Both the position numbers and the translations under genes were made by a program. The notes under the pieces are model-generated. The model ran no database searches. It was not told where the DNA came from and saw nothing but the letters and a program-made list of their open reading frames with translations. A DNA stretch of 64,000 nt from an uncultured Caldisericales bacterium (GTDB lineage: Bacteria; Caldisericota; Caldisericia; JAAYUI01), in NCBI GenBank assembly GCA_964613055.1, contig CAZTGD010000005.1, positions 11,555-75,554 on the forward strand. Reading direction: 5' to 3'. How positions within the stretch are numbered: position 1 is the stretch's first letter; every line of letters begins with the position of its first letter. Below are positions 19,865 to 30,448 of the stretch, in pieces.

Positions 19865-20185
19865 ATGAATGATTTCAGTAATAGAAGACACGGTCGCGGT
19901 GGACGTTGGCACAGATCACCCAGGCACAGATTTGTAGATTGTCCTGAATCTCAAAAGCCACTATGTGAATTCTCAGTGGGTTCGCATTGCAGAGTAGCTT
20001 CACTATGTGGATTTATGATGAAGAAAAGGTTAGCTAACATGGGACTTGGCGTTGGTTCGGTATTAGAGATACTAAAAAATGACCGGACGGGAGGTCCAAT
20101 GATAGTTTTTGTTGACTCAGTCAGGATAGCCCTTGGCAGGGGTATGGCTATGCATGTATGTTGTGAGGAGGTTGATGGTGACTAA
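19865..20185 (+). CDS. feoA: ferrous iron transport protein A
   Basis: KRLANMGLGVGSVLEI...GGPMIV.V...RIALGRGMA. SD AAGGAG 6 nt before ATG 19865. Arg/His-rich N-terminal extension. Confidence 0.9.
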   Translation: MNDFSNRRHGRGGRWHRSPRHRFVDCPESQKPLCEFSVGSHCRVASLCGFMMKKRLANMGLGVGSVLEILKNDRTGGPMIVFVDSVRIALGRGMAMHVCCEEVDGD

Positions 20186-22403
20186 AGAAATACAGGTAGG
20201 AGTTGCTGGAAATCCCAATTCTGGGAAAACGTCAATCTTTAACCATATTACTGGCGCTATGCAAACAACGGGTAATTGGCCAGGCGTTACCGTTTCAAAG
20301 ATAACCGGTGGATGTAAGGTAAAAGGCGTTAAAATGAATGTAGTTGACTTGCCAGGTACATACTCATTGTCGGCTCATTCAGAAGACGAACTCGTTGCAA
20401 GAGAGTATATCGTTAAAGAAAAACCAGATGTTGTAGTCAATGTTGTTGATGCAACAGCACTCGAACACAACCTATTTTTGACACTTCAGATCGTTGAACT
20501 GGGTGTACCAATGGTTATTGCACTTAATATGTCAGATCAAGCAAAGAAGAGGGATATTGAGGTAGATGCAAAAAGGCTTTCAAAGATACTCGGCGTACCT
20601 GTAATCCCAACGGTTGGCACGTCTGGCAAGGGTGTTGATGAATTAATGTGCGCTTTCCTTGAAGTAGCACAATCAAGAAAAAGAAGCGAGTATCTGGTTG
20701 ACTATGGACCTGAGATAGAACGTTCAACGAGGAGAATACAAGAAGCACTATCAGAGACAGAGATAGCAAAGACGAGTTATCCACCTCACTTCTTTGCACA
20801 TAAGTTGCTTGAAAAGGACAGGAAGATTGAAGAAGAGGTAGAAACAATAGATCACCCGGATATTGTTCACTCGATCGTTGACGAAGAGATGAGTCGGTTG
20901 AAGGAGATATTTGGTGATGACGTTGAAACGATGGTCATAGACAGGCGTTATGAGCAAGCTAGGATTATTACCAAGGAGGTAGTTAAAGGGATTGTTCGGA
21001 GACAACGATTTGTTGACTTAATAGACCGATACCTAGCCAACCGATTCTTTGGTTTGCCAATATTTGGTTTTGTTATGTATGCAATTTTTTATGCCACTTT
21101 CACATGGGGAGCGCCTGTCGGAGATTGGGTTGCTCAAGGACTTGAGTGGGTTGACACTGTACTGTTTGGAGCGCTCGTTAACCCATCATCAACGTTGATT
21201 TCAAACATAGGCAACTTCCTCAGTGGTGTCATTAATGATGGAATTGGAGGAGTTCTAGTTCTTTTTCCATCGATAATGATTTTGTTCTTATTTCTTAGCT
21301 TTCTCGAAGACAGTGGATACATGGCAAGAATTGCCTATGTGATGGATGGAATCATGTCTCGCGTTGGGTTATCTGGTAAGGCTTTTATCCCCTTTGTAGT
21401 TAGCTTCGGGTGTTCTGTTCCTGGTGTAATGGCTACGAGAACGCTAGACTCAAAGCGAGAACGAATACTGACTATACTAACAGCTCCCTTGGTTTCATGT
21501 GTTGCGAGAATGGAGGTATTCTTCTTTCTTGCTACCATATTTTTCTCAACTGCTTTAGCACAATCTCTAGTCGTTTGGTCTGTGTTTGCATTTGGGATTA
21601 TATTGGCAGTTATTCTAGTTTCAGTCTTTGGTAGAGTATTCTTCAAGGATGAACCACCCACACCATTGCTAATAGAGCTTCCCCCATATCGTTGGCCAAC
21701 TGTACGCTCAGTACTCATTCATACATGGGACAGAACAAAGCATTTCCTTGAGAAAGCTGGTGGTGTAATCCTGATAGGCGCTATTGTATTCTGGACGCTT
21801 TCGAATACTCCAACGAGCAACCCAGGTGGGGCTAATGTAGCTGTTTGGATTTGGTTGATGATAGCTATAGCATTAATCGCTATTATACATTCTATTTTTG
21901 CTGGTAAGATTTATGGCAATCCAAAGCAAAGAACAGCAATCTCTAGGACGGTTGGAATCGGTTCTTTCGTTGCAATCGTTGCAATATTTGTCCTAGGCGT
22001 GATGCCGGAAGTTGCATTGAGTGTTGAGTCGATTGAGCAATCGCTGGTTGGTCGAATTGGTCACTCACTCGAGTGGCTGGTGAAACCGCTGGGACTAGAT
22101 TGGAGAGCAGTGATAGCCTTGATTGCAGGATTTGTCGCCAAAGAACTTATAATATCTATCTTTGGTGTATTAGGCAACTTTGGTGAAGATGGTGATAGTT
22201 CGATAATTGCGTCATGGTACACAGCACCTGCGGCACTTGGTATGATGGTATTTTTTAATCTCTATGCTCCTTGTCTTGCAACCATAGGTGCGATTAAAGC
22301 CGAAGCTGGATGGAAGTGGATGTGGTTTTCAATAGCATATGGTATCTCACTTGGTTGGGCAATGTCTTTCGTCGTTTATCAAATAGGTTCCTTGGTTATG
22401 TAG
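20175..22403 (+). CDS. feoB: ferrous iron transport protein B
   Basis: G1 GNPNSGKTS, GNWPGVTV, DLPGTYSL, LNMSD, FGCSVPG, YAPCLATI. Confidence 0.97.
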   Translation: MVTKEIQVGVAGNPNSGKTSIFNHITGAMQTTGNWPGVTVSKITGGCKVKGVKMNVVDLPGTYSLSAHSEDELVAREYIVKEKPDVVVNVVDATALEHNLFLTLQIVELGVPMVIALNMSDQAKKRDIEVDAKRLSKILGVPVIPTVGTSGKGVDELMCAFLEVAQSRKRSEYLVDYGPEIERSTRRIQEALSETEIAKTSYPPHFFAHKLLEKDRKIEEEVETIDHPDIVHSIVDEEMSRLKEIFGDDVETMVIDRRYEQARIITKEVVKGIVRRQRFVDLIDRYLANRFFGLPIFGFVMYAIFYATFTWGAPVGDWVAQGLEWVDTVLFGALVNPSSTLISNIGNFLSGVINDGIGGVLVLFPSIMILFLFLSFLEDSGYMARIAYVMDGIMSRVGLSGKAFIPFVVSFGCSVPGVMATRTLDSKRERILTILTAPLVSCVARMEVFFFLATIFFSTALAQSLVVWSVFAFGIILAVILVSVFGRVFFKDEPPTPLLIELPPYRWPTVRSVLIHTWDRTKHFLEKAGGVILIGAIVFWTLSNTPTSNPGGANVAVWIWLMIAIALIAIIHSIFAGKIYGNPKQRTAISRTVGIGSFVAIVAIFVLGVMPEVALSVESIEQSLVGRIGHSLEWLVKPLGLDWRAVIALIAGFVAKELIISIFGVLGNFGEDGDSSIIASWYTAPAALGMMVFFNLYAPCLATIGAIKAEAGWKWMWFSIAYGISLGWAMSFVVYQIGSLVM

Positions 22404-22420
22404 GCTGTGGCGGTGAATAA

Positions 22421-22726
22421 ATGATAATTGGTAAAGTGCTTAAACTCATAAAAACCGGGAAATTCAGAACGATGATGGATATTCAAAAAGAGCTTCGTCT
22501 AACGACTGATGAGCTTAAAGGGATACTTGATATTCTTGTGGTAACAGGAAAACTGAAGAAAACTGATAGTAATAGTATTCCTAAAAAGAACTACCCGTCA
22601 TGTTCGATGTGTAAGCAGAATTCAGCGTGTTTGAGTTATTCTGAATGTAAAGTCATCTCGGTATCACAGAGTGGTAACGTTTCAAATGGAGCAACTTTCT
22701 ATCAGCCTATAGGAAAGCCGGTATGA
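22421..22726 (+). CDS. FeoC-like winged-helix protein with Cys cluster
   Basis: wHTH-like N-terminus plus CSMC...C....C; lies directly after feoB. Confidence 0.65.
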   Translation: MIIGKVLKLIKTGKFRTMMDIQKELRLTTDELKGILDILVVTGKLKKTDSNSIPKKNYPSCSMCKQNSACLSYSECKVISVSQSGNVSNGATFYQPIGKPV

Positions 22727-22853
22727 CGGACAACGTTAAGACAATAAATACAAGAATAGTTCTTTGTTTTATCGATGATGCGTTTGAAATCAATTCGTCT
22801 GTTTATGACGATTTGCTAGTCAGAGAATAATAAATTCAAAAAAAGGAGAAGAA

Positions 22854-23762
22854 ATGAATACTGCGATACATTATAACTGCAAAATAGTTGCGATAATAAC
22901 TCTACTCTTTACTGTGGTTGGTTTATCGGGACTCACTTTATCCGTTTCTGCTCATAACCCTGGAGCTAAACCCGTCCCAGAGTTTGAGCTTGAAGCCATT
23001 CAGATAAGGGATGGTGGCAAACTAACCGAACTCACCCCTAAGATACTGGGTAAGTATCACAATGAAAGGTCTATGGAGTCAACACGTGAAAGGTTCGTTA
23101 GTCAGGGTATGACTAAAAGCGAGATAGAGAAGACAATCGATGCTCAGTATGGTGGAGCAACAGGCATAGGTCCCTGTGGATTGGGTGTCTACAGAGCTGT
23201 GCTATACGCATCTGATATTCTCTGGGATGATGGAATAATCAATCGATCTGAGCTCTGCGTAGAAAACAATTGGAACGGTGGTGGTTCAAGAGACTACAGT
23301 CTGTATATGACAGGCACTTCCGATGATGTACCTGGTGTAACTGAGTCTGGAAAATTCACTTTCGTCAGCAATAATGCAATTATCCCCATTGATATAGATT
23401 ACCCTCAGATAAAAAAACTCTCCAAAGATATTGGAATAGGCTCAATGAGTTACATTATTTCTAACTTATCGACAGGTGAGAGCGTTGAACTCAGCTTGTC
23501 CGCTGATATCATACCGTTGAATTACTTTGAAAACAGAAGGGTTGTGAAGTTTACTCAGAACCCAGATAAACAGATAGTTGACGAATTCAATGTTCAATGG
23601 GAACAGATTCGAGATAATCTGCTTTTGCTAAACGACTATGAGTTATTTAATGAAGTTGATGAACCACCACCCGAAGTGCCAGTGATCCCAATAATAGTTT
23701 TAGGTGGTTTGCTATTGATAATACTCATCATGTGGCTTGTCAGCAAATACAGGCGTTTCTAG
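22854..23762 (+). CDS. exported, C-terminally membrane-anchored protein (weak FmdE-like similarity)
   Basis: Signal peptide, PCGLGVYRA..A...W segment, Pro linker, TM helix and basic tail. Confidence 0.55.
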   Translation: MNTAIHYNCKIVAIITLLFTVVGLSGLTLSVSAHNPGAKPVPEFELEAIQIRDGGKLTELTPKILGKYHNERSMESTRERFVSQGMTKSEIEKTIDAQYGGATGIGPCGLGVYRAVLYASDILWDDGIINRSELCVENNWNGGGSRDYSLYMTGTSDDVPGVTESGKFTFVSNNAIIPIDIDYPQIKKLSKDIGIGSMSYIISNLSTGESVELSLSADIIPLNYFENRRVVKFTQNPDKQIVDEFNVQWEQIRDNLLLLNDYELFNEVDEPPPEVPVIPIIVLGGLLLIILIMWLVSKYRRF

Positions 23763-23835
23763 TATCATTCACAAATAACTCCTTTCTACATAAGGGGATC
23801 GATAATCACAACAAATGTATCCCCACCTTTTCAAT

Positions 23836-23871
23836 CGAGAGCCTGTCACCCCCACATCTGACAGGCTCTCG
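23836..23871. repeat. perfect 13-bp intergenic inverted repeat
   Basis: CGAGAGCCTGTCA-N10-TGACAGGCTCTCG. Confidence 0.7.
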
Positions 23872-23973
23872 CCCCCTTTGCAGTTTGTTTGATTTGGTGC
23901 TATTATATCTGACATGAGCTATTTGTTTCTGTATTTAATGGATATGCAGAGGACAGGGTATGGATGTAAATAA

Positions 23974-24240
23974 ATGAAACCGGGTGATCTGATAGAATTT
24001 ATTAAGGAAAAGAGATTCACAACAATATCAGAAGCATCCGTTGTTTTGGGAGTAGAACCTGATTATATCAGAAAAATTATTGATAAACTGAGGATAAAGC
24101 GTCACCTGAGACGACTGGACATGTCAAGGGGGTCTGGTTGTGATTCGGGAGATTGTACAGGATGCAAGGGTTGTTCAACCGCTTTTGCAATACAAGAAGA
24201 CGGAACGCCGATTGTTTATGTCCTTTCACCGTTTATTTGA
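23974..24240 (+). CDS. second FeoC-like wHTH protein
   Basis: HTH followed by GCDSGDCTGCKGC. Confidence 0.65.
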   Translation: MKPGDLIEFIKEKRFTTISEASVVLGVEPDYIRKIIDKLRIKRHLRRLDMSRGSGCDSGDCTGCKGCSTAFAIQEDGTPIVYVLSPFI

Positions 24241-24315
24241 GACAATTCTTGACAATTTCGTTCATTAAACCTGTTACGTTCTGAGTCAGTATATTGCAGT
24301 ATAGGAAGGGTGTTT

Positions 24316-24846
24316 ATGCGAAGTGGAGTGCTGTGTGTCGCTGTCATCGCAATAGTGCTATTAACCACTTCAATTCCTTGTGTTGCGTTTGTTGATGCTG
24401 TCTCAGTTGGATTTACCATTGAATCGTATGTAATCGATGTCGAAGTAGATTACAAAACTTTTGATTTTGTAAGCACATGTAGCTTTGATGTTTCAAAAGA
24501 TGTAGAAGAGGTGACCTGGATAATTGTATCTCGTAATCTAGAGGTAACAAACGTAAAACTCGATGGTAACATTCCCGACTAGAAATATGCTGGTTTCGAA
24601 ACTTACGAGGATTACAAGCGAGACCAGGAAATAGATGAAAGAATGAAACTGTTGGCCGCATGGTGGAAACATCGTGATAGAGTAAATTATAGACGAAGAA
24701 GGGCTGGGACAAACATGGGAGGAAATCACTTTATATACGAAGAAGGGTATGGACCAGGTGAACGTATTGGTGGGGTATGGGTACCATGGATTGTTGAAGT
24801 TGATCCAGATCCAATCCATCCACCGTTTGGGTTGGAAGAATGGTAA
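24316..24846 (+). pseudogene. secreted-protein remnant interrupted by in-frame TAG at 24580
   Basis: Signal peptide and beta-rich N-terminus. The frame stays open after the TAG and runs into the 24643..24846 ORF. Confidence 0.4.
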
Positions 24847-24879
24847 ACCAGAGTGTATGATACTATAACGTTAACGGTA

Positions 24880-24924
24880 TATTCTGTGTTCTTTTGTGCG
24901 GTAAGTGCGAGAGGACACAGAATA
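24880..24924. repeat. 17-bp hairpin with G-U pairs
   Basis: TATTCTGTGTTCTTTTG-N11-CGAGAGGACACAGAATA. Confidence 0.6.
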
Positions 24925-25138
24925 CTTGAAACGTATAGGTGTGAAACAAATGCAGGTTGTTACATGATGATACTTGTATCACAGTACACAAATGCTTGTA
25001 TACTGTGATCAACTTGCTATGATGTTTACCGTAAAGGAGTTGGATATGAAAGGGATATTGATGTTCGATCCTTGTTGCCAGGAAGGATGTGTATCAAGGT
25101 AATCCTGACACCGCATAGAATAAAGAAGGAGGAGTGCA

Positions 25139-25594
25139 ATGAACAGAATGGTGTTAATTTCAGTCATATTGGTGATTGTAGTAACTGTATTAGTGTTATT
25201 TTCATCATGTGGAACCAATAGTTTAGATAACGATGTAAAATCGGAATTACATGAGTTTGCTGAGAAAAGGTTGAACCATTTATTATCAAATTATAGGACT
25301 GCAGGTTGGGAACTAGGTGAAGATATTACAAAAGAGATAGCAATCGATGGTATGTGTAACATGATTAACAGTTTTTGTGATATCTTTGGATTGGATTCAC
25401 ATAAGAGTGGGTGTTACAAGCCAATATTTGATGATTGGATACAGTACAAATTATATCAAACCAGTATATTGGATGATAGTAGTGGTAGTGATGACATAGG
25501 TTTAGAGAGACTTAGCAGTCTTCATCCTGAATGGTATGATAGCGACAGTTGTAATGATTGGATCAGTTTATCAGGTTTGTTTCCTAATAAATGA
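25139..25594 (+). CDS. hypothetical lipoprotein
   Basis: SD AAGGAGGAG, hydrophobic signal, lipobox FSSC. Confidence 0.7.
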   Translation: MNRMVLISVILVIVVTVLVLFSSCGTNSLDNDVKSELHEFAEKRLNHLLSNYRTAGWELGEDITKEIAIDGMCNMINSFCDIFGLDSHKSGCYKPIFDDWIQYKLYQTSILDDSSGSDDIGLERLSSLHPEWYDSDSCNDWISLSGLFPNK

Positions 25595-26760
25595 TTCCAT
25601 GCAGACAAAATCTGATATATAGCATACATGACGCCAGAGGAAACAGGACAGACATAGACGTAGGAGGAACAGACAACACAGACCTCACCTTCAACCTTGC
25701 AGACCAGCTGACTAGAGTAGACTATGAAGACAACTCCTACAGGGTATTCACCTATGATGATAATGGTAACTGTACAAAGGAAGAGTACTACTCAGGCACA
25801 TACCTAGTATCCACTGTTGTTGTACCACAGCTATCCACACCCCCCTGTCAAGGGGGAATAAAGGGGGGTTTACACACTGGACAGGGGGGTTGCCAGACTG
25901 GACAGGGGGATTCAGATTCCTCACCCTCTTCAAACTTTCCTTCTGAAGACACACTCCATTCCACACCCCCCTGTCAAGGGGGGATGTCCTGCAACGCAGG
26001 ACAGGGGGGTTTACTGAATGAACATGACTGGAACACCCTCTCAAGGGAAGAACAACAGACCCTCAAGAAGCAAATGCTTGAAGACAATGAGAGACTACAG
26101 GCAACAAGGGAACACTACCCCTACACCAAGGCACCACCCTCCCTTCTAAGGTCAAGGTATCTGTCACCCTACACCCCAGAGATAACCAGTGAGGATGTGT
26201 TTGAATTCAGAACCCTACAACTCACCAACCCAGAGCTAGCTGAGTATATGAGGAACCTTATGTGGAACCCTCACACCCAAGCCCCCCTCTTCAAGGGGGG
26301 ATACAGGGGGGTTTCAGACAGCCTTCAGATGGTAACAAACCTTTATCTGTTAATGGTCAGTCATATACAGCAACAACACTCTCTGACACCTACTACTACC
26401 ACTATGACATACATGGCAATGTCATCAAGGTAACAGACTCTTCTGCTACTACAAAGATATCCTATGAGTATGATGTACTGGGGGAGATATCATCTGTTAC
26501 AAACCTACCAATCCGTTTACTTTGGGAGGTTCAACACAGGGTATTTATGACATTAAGTTAGGATTACACCCTTCCAGCTTTGCACATATATTTGCATCCA
26601 AGCAATTGCCCTCAGATGAGACAACCTTTACAAGAGGTGTGTTGCCAATGGCACTCGTTATACTCATAGCGAAGAAGACTAGCAAATATACTGACTGTGT
26701 CAATGGCTTATGATCCAGCCATAAGGTATAATCCAGCCATAGGGTACAACCTAATCCCCA
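25591..26760 (+). pseudogene. RHS/YD-repeat protein remnant, frameshifted
   Basis: HDARGNRT, FNLADQLTRV, YDDNGNCT in one frame; YYHYDIHGNV...YEYDVLGEI in a second; GG..QGIYD...GL in a third. Confidence 0.75.
25834..26313. repeat. three REP-like CCCCCCT-N-AAGGGGG palindromes with AGGGGGG half-sites
   Basis: TCCACACCCCCCTGTCAAGGGGG at 25834 and 25960; CCCCCCTCTTCAAGGGGGGATACAGGGGGGTT at 26282. Confidence 0.8.
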
Positions 26761-27358
26761 AAGACTGCCAATAGTCGGACATAAAGCAAACCATAGCCGA
26801 GAACATAAAAAGACACAGGACACAGCGAAGAAGACAAAGAATATATCAGTCAAGACAAAGAATCATTGCATAGAAGATAGAGCTAAGACAAGAATACAGT
26901 TGAGCAGGGAACTGGTTAGGCAGTAGATAACACAATCAAGCACATACCCGAACATATTATCGGCAAAATATCTGTTAAAGACACTCAATAATCATTGATA
27001 CATGTTTACAAGTTAACCGACAATATGCAGGTGAATGTCAGAGTAATACAGGTGTGCAAACAGATAGATGCGAATATCTTGAGATGTTAATTATATAATG
27101 TAATAGTCATATATATGTAATATTTAGCAGTCTGAAGGTGTGACTGACAGCATATCCAGCTCTCAGTGTTATATCTACCTTATTCATAATGATTCCTAAT
27201 AATATCATATTTCACTTAAAAGATTACCACTATCAGAGAGATTGTATGGTCTATTCCATAAATGTTAACTATGTGCAATAGTAACAACATGAAGCACGTT
27301 CAAATTAACATATATAATGATCTTTTAGATATATTTGAGTTTTTATAACTGATAAACA

Positions 27359-27387
27359 TTGACAGTAACCAATGAATCTAATATTAT
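27359..27387 (+). promoter_or_regulatory. sigma70-type promoter
   Basis: TTGACA-N17-TATTAT about 100 nt upstream of ATG 27488. Confidence 0.6.
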
Positions 27388-27487
27388 TTGAGTGTGAGTT
27401 GCTTCGAAATTAGATTCAATTTACATACTACGCACAGATGCTTGATGCAAATGGGTTACTACAACTTCAACTGCTTGGAGGATTCGA

Positions 27488-30427
27488 ATGACAAATCAAT
27501 CAAAAACATATAAGCTGTGTTTCACTACCATTCTAGTTTTATCATTAGCATTAACAATGATTTCAATATCCATAGTAAACGCAAAATGCCCTTGTGATAA
27601 AACTGATGAAAGATATTCGATGAATTCGACCAGTATCGTAGAACCTCAAACACCTGTATGCTGGCATTGGAATTGTGAAGATATCTTCCCTGAAGCGAAC
27701 CCATCTAACCTTGAAATGTTTTCTGTTATGGCTCCATTCTCGCTTAGAATTGGGATAAAAGAACCTGGAGATACAGATCGCGATGTAGTATGGTATGCAT
27801 GTGACGACCCCAATGCAGTTTTCACCCCTTACGATGACTACGAACTACTGCTAAAAGTACAAACAGAATTCCCTCAATCATTTCTAGAAACAAGATTTGG
27901 AGTAAGCAGTCCTGATGCATGTGGAACAGAATTCCTTTCTTGGTTACAGGGTGGTCAAGAACACCAGAATGCTAAAATCATAGTTAATGAAGACGGATGG
28001 GTAAAAGAAAACATTATATGGCAGAACTTTGTCAACTACATGGCTGAAAACTTTGACAACAACCAGTTGATCGTACCATCGAGTGCAAATATCGCCGTTA
28101 TCTATGAAATATGGGATAAATCAAATATGAAAGAAGATGAAAGTCCACCTGGCAACGCAGGATGTCAACTTGAAGGCGATCACGATGATGGTTTATTGTT
28201 TCGATACACTGGTGGAGAATTTATATCCTTAAATCATGCTCTTGAAGGTTGGGATGCTGGAGCGCCAGACCTGACAAAACTCACTGGGAATTGTTACATC
28301 AGAGCAAAATTCTGCTACACATACTACATGCTAGATTATGACAGCGGCGGAAGCATCGTTTCAAATACATTCTGTGGTCCCTGGGTCGATTGCTGTGATG
28401 GGTGCCCTGCTGATGATGGACAGACAACATACCAAACACAAGCTATTAACTATACACGCACAGAAGATGCCTGTGCAGTAATTCTTCAGCGACCAACAGT
28501 ACCTGCTCGAATACGATTAAGCAACTATGGTGATAAACATTGTATAAAAGATAATCAACTAGATTACTGCTGGCCTGACCCAGATACTTGGAAAAATGAT
28601 GGTAGAATAGATGTAAATCCAATGCTACTGAAAACTAGATATTACATACCACCAATTTCAAATGTTCTTGCTCCATATGATTTAGGGTTAGAAGATCCTG
28701 TCTTAAAACCTTGTGAACCTGGTGATTCTGATGTTTTTTACTCAAAATGTTCAGGTATGAGTAAAAGTGAATGGATGAGGGAATATAGTTTCGAAGATCC
28801 TCCACCTCCCCTTCCTGAAATGACAGGACTAGGTGGAGGTTGTGTATATATTGAAGCGCAAGCATTCTTTGACAATTTTTGTACTCTTGGTTACAACCCC
28901 GGTTATTACGGTCGTTTAAGTTCAGTAGCAGAAAAAGAACTTATTAACGATCGAATAATTGGTGGAGTAAATTGCGGTGCTGCGTTGATTACTCGTAATG
29001 GTGTTACTGCTTATTTTATGGTTGGGATGGAACATGCTATTGTCGAAATTCCTCAGTACGAAATACCAATAAAAAAAATGAGGATAAAAGAGAATCAATA
29101 TAATAAAATTGAGTATTATAACACCCTCACATTCCCAAGAATACAGTATTACAAAAAAGGTGCAAGTAGTTGGGAAAATGAAAAATATCCAGGATTTGTC
29201 GCAAAAATATGTTATTGGAAACTTGAAGGAACACCGTTTTTAAGACATGATGTTGAAGATGGTGGAGGTTTTAAACTTTGTATTCCTGTACGAGATGCGG
29301 CTTTAATATTTGGCTCAACATATGCGTATAATACATGGGATAAAATGTTCAACGGTTATGAAATAGATTCAAATGATTGCTGGGAAGATGTTGATGGTAG
29401 TATAGCCAATCCAAATGGACCACTTTGTCATAATGATTTCTCACGTTTTGCTCGTGTAGGTGTAATTATTTATGATCAGCGTGTTAATGATAATGGAAAA
29501 AGCGGAGAAAATAAAAATGATCCTTTCCTTAGTTTTACAACAGACATTGACCCAACGAGGATGAATTTATTATCTCTCAGAAGCAATAAAGTTTCTTTTC
29601 AACATACTAATTCACAGGGTGAAAGTAAAACGTATGCGAATATGTCGTATTTATGGATTAATGAGATCTACTCAGCATCTGCGTTTCCATGTAAGAATAG
29701 TAATATGGGCGATGATAATCGGTACACATCAGCAATTGATTTAGAGAATAATACTCCTATTGGATATGATGGAAGACCAATATTGATCAGGGTAGGCCCG
29801 TGTGGAGGTTTACCCAGAACACTACAATATATTCATGAATTATGGGGGAAATTAGGAATCAGCAACACAACTCGTATGACTCAGCTTAGAACCCCAAACC
29901 TTAATTATTATATCTCGCCTAGTACTCCTTATTCAACACATCTATACGGTGGAGCTCTGGATCTCTCATTTAAAGCAACTCGTTTAAAAACTGACGCGAT
30001 ATATTATCCAACAAAAGCTATGCATGCATTGATGGTCGACAGTATACCAGAAGCAGTCGACTTCCACAGTGTAACAATTGAAGAAAATGTTTATTTCGTG
30101 CCATATGACAAAAGAGGTAATGGATTTGATGGGTTAAGTTTATACGGTTTGTTTATGCACGAACCATCTACACATGAGTGGTATCAAGGTAACAGACATC
30201 CATATTATAGGGCTTGTGAAGAAAACGATGATGGTTTCAATTCTTGTGTTATAAATAAAAATACTGGTTTTTATCATGATGTTCCTACAAGTCGAACCGT
30301 TATGGATTTCCCTGGTGATGTTTATCAACTTGAAAGAATGCCTGTTTTCCCCCCATATACAACTGACCCTGGTCAATGGATCCATATGGATGTAGGAGAA
30401 AACAGTACAAATACAACAAGACAGTAG
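27488..30427 (+). CDS. large secreted Cys-rich protein with C-terminal M15-like Zn peptidase motifs
   Basis: Signal peptide; R...S.HLYGGALD and WIHMD motifs; SD GGAGG. Confidence 0.7.
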   Translation: MTNQSKTYKLCFTTILVLSLALTMISISIVNAKCPCDKTDERYSMNSTSIVEPQTPVCWHWNCEDIFPEANPSNLEMFSVMAPFSLRIGIKEPGDTDRDVVWYACDDPNAVFTPYDDYELLLKVQTEFPQSFLETRFGVSSPDACGTEFLSWLQGGQEHQNAKIIVNEDGWVKENIIWQNFVNYMAENFDNNQLIVPSSANIAVIYEIWDKSNMKEDESPPGNAGCQLEGDHDDGLLFRYTGGEFISLNHALEGWDAGAPDLTKLTGNCYIRAKFCYTYYMLDYDSGGSIVSNTFCGPWVDCCDGCPADDGQTTYQTQAINYTRTEDACAVILQRPTVPARIRLSNYGDKHCIKDNQLDYCWPDPDTWKNDGRIDVNPMLLKTRYYIPPISNVLAPYDLGLEDPVLKPCEPGDSDVFYSKCSGMSKSEWMREYSFEDPPPPLPEMTGLGGGCVYIEAQAFFDNFCTLGYNPGYYGRLSSVAEKELINDRIIGGVNCGAALITRNGVTAYFMVGMEHAIVEIPQYEIPIKKMRIKENQYNKIEYYNTLTFPRIQYYKKGASSWENEKYPGFVAKICYWKLEGTPFLRHDVEDGGGFKLCIPVRDAALIFGSTYAYNTWDKMFNGYEIDSNDCWEDVDGSIANPNGPLCHNDFSRFARVGVIIYDQRVNDNGKSGENKNDPFLSFTTDIDPTRMNLLSLRSNKVSFQHTNSQGESKTYANMSYLWINEIYSASAFPCKNSNMGDDNRYTSAIDLENNTPIGYDGRPILIRVGPCGGLPRTLQYIHELWGKLGISNTTRMTQLRTPNLNYYISPSTPYSTHLYGGALDLSFKATRLKTDAIYYPTKAMHALMVDSIPEAVDFHSVTIEENVYFVPYDKRGNGFDGLSLYGLFMHEPSTHEWYQGNRHPYYRACEENDDGFNSCVINKNTGFYHDVPTSRTVMDFPGDVYQLERMPVFPPYTTDPGQWIHMDVGENSTNTTRQ

Positions 30428-30448
30428 TTTGTAAATAAAGGAGTCTTA

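Noticed and set aside
26545-26853. 102-aa minus ORF with WLDYTL repeat
   Set aside because: The repeat comes from the duplication in the plus-strand RHS remnant; no independent support.
27388-27487. 100-nt leader as a riboswitch
   Set aside because: No recognisable aptamer consensus or expression platform.
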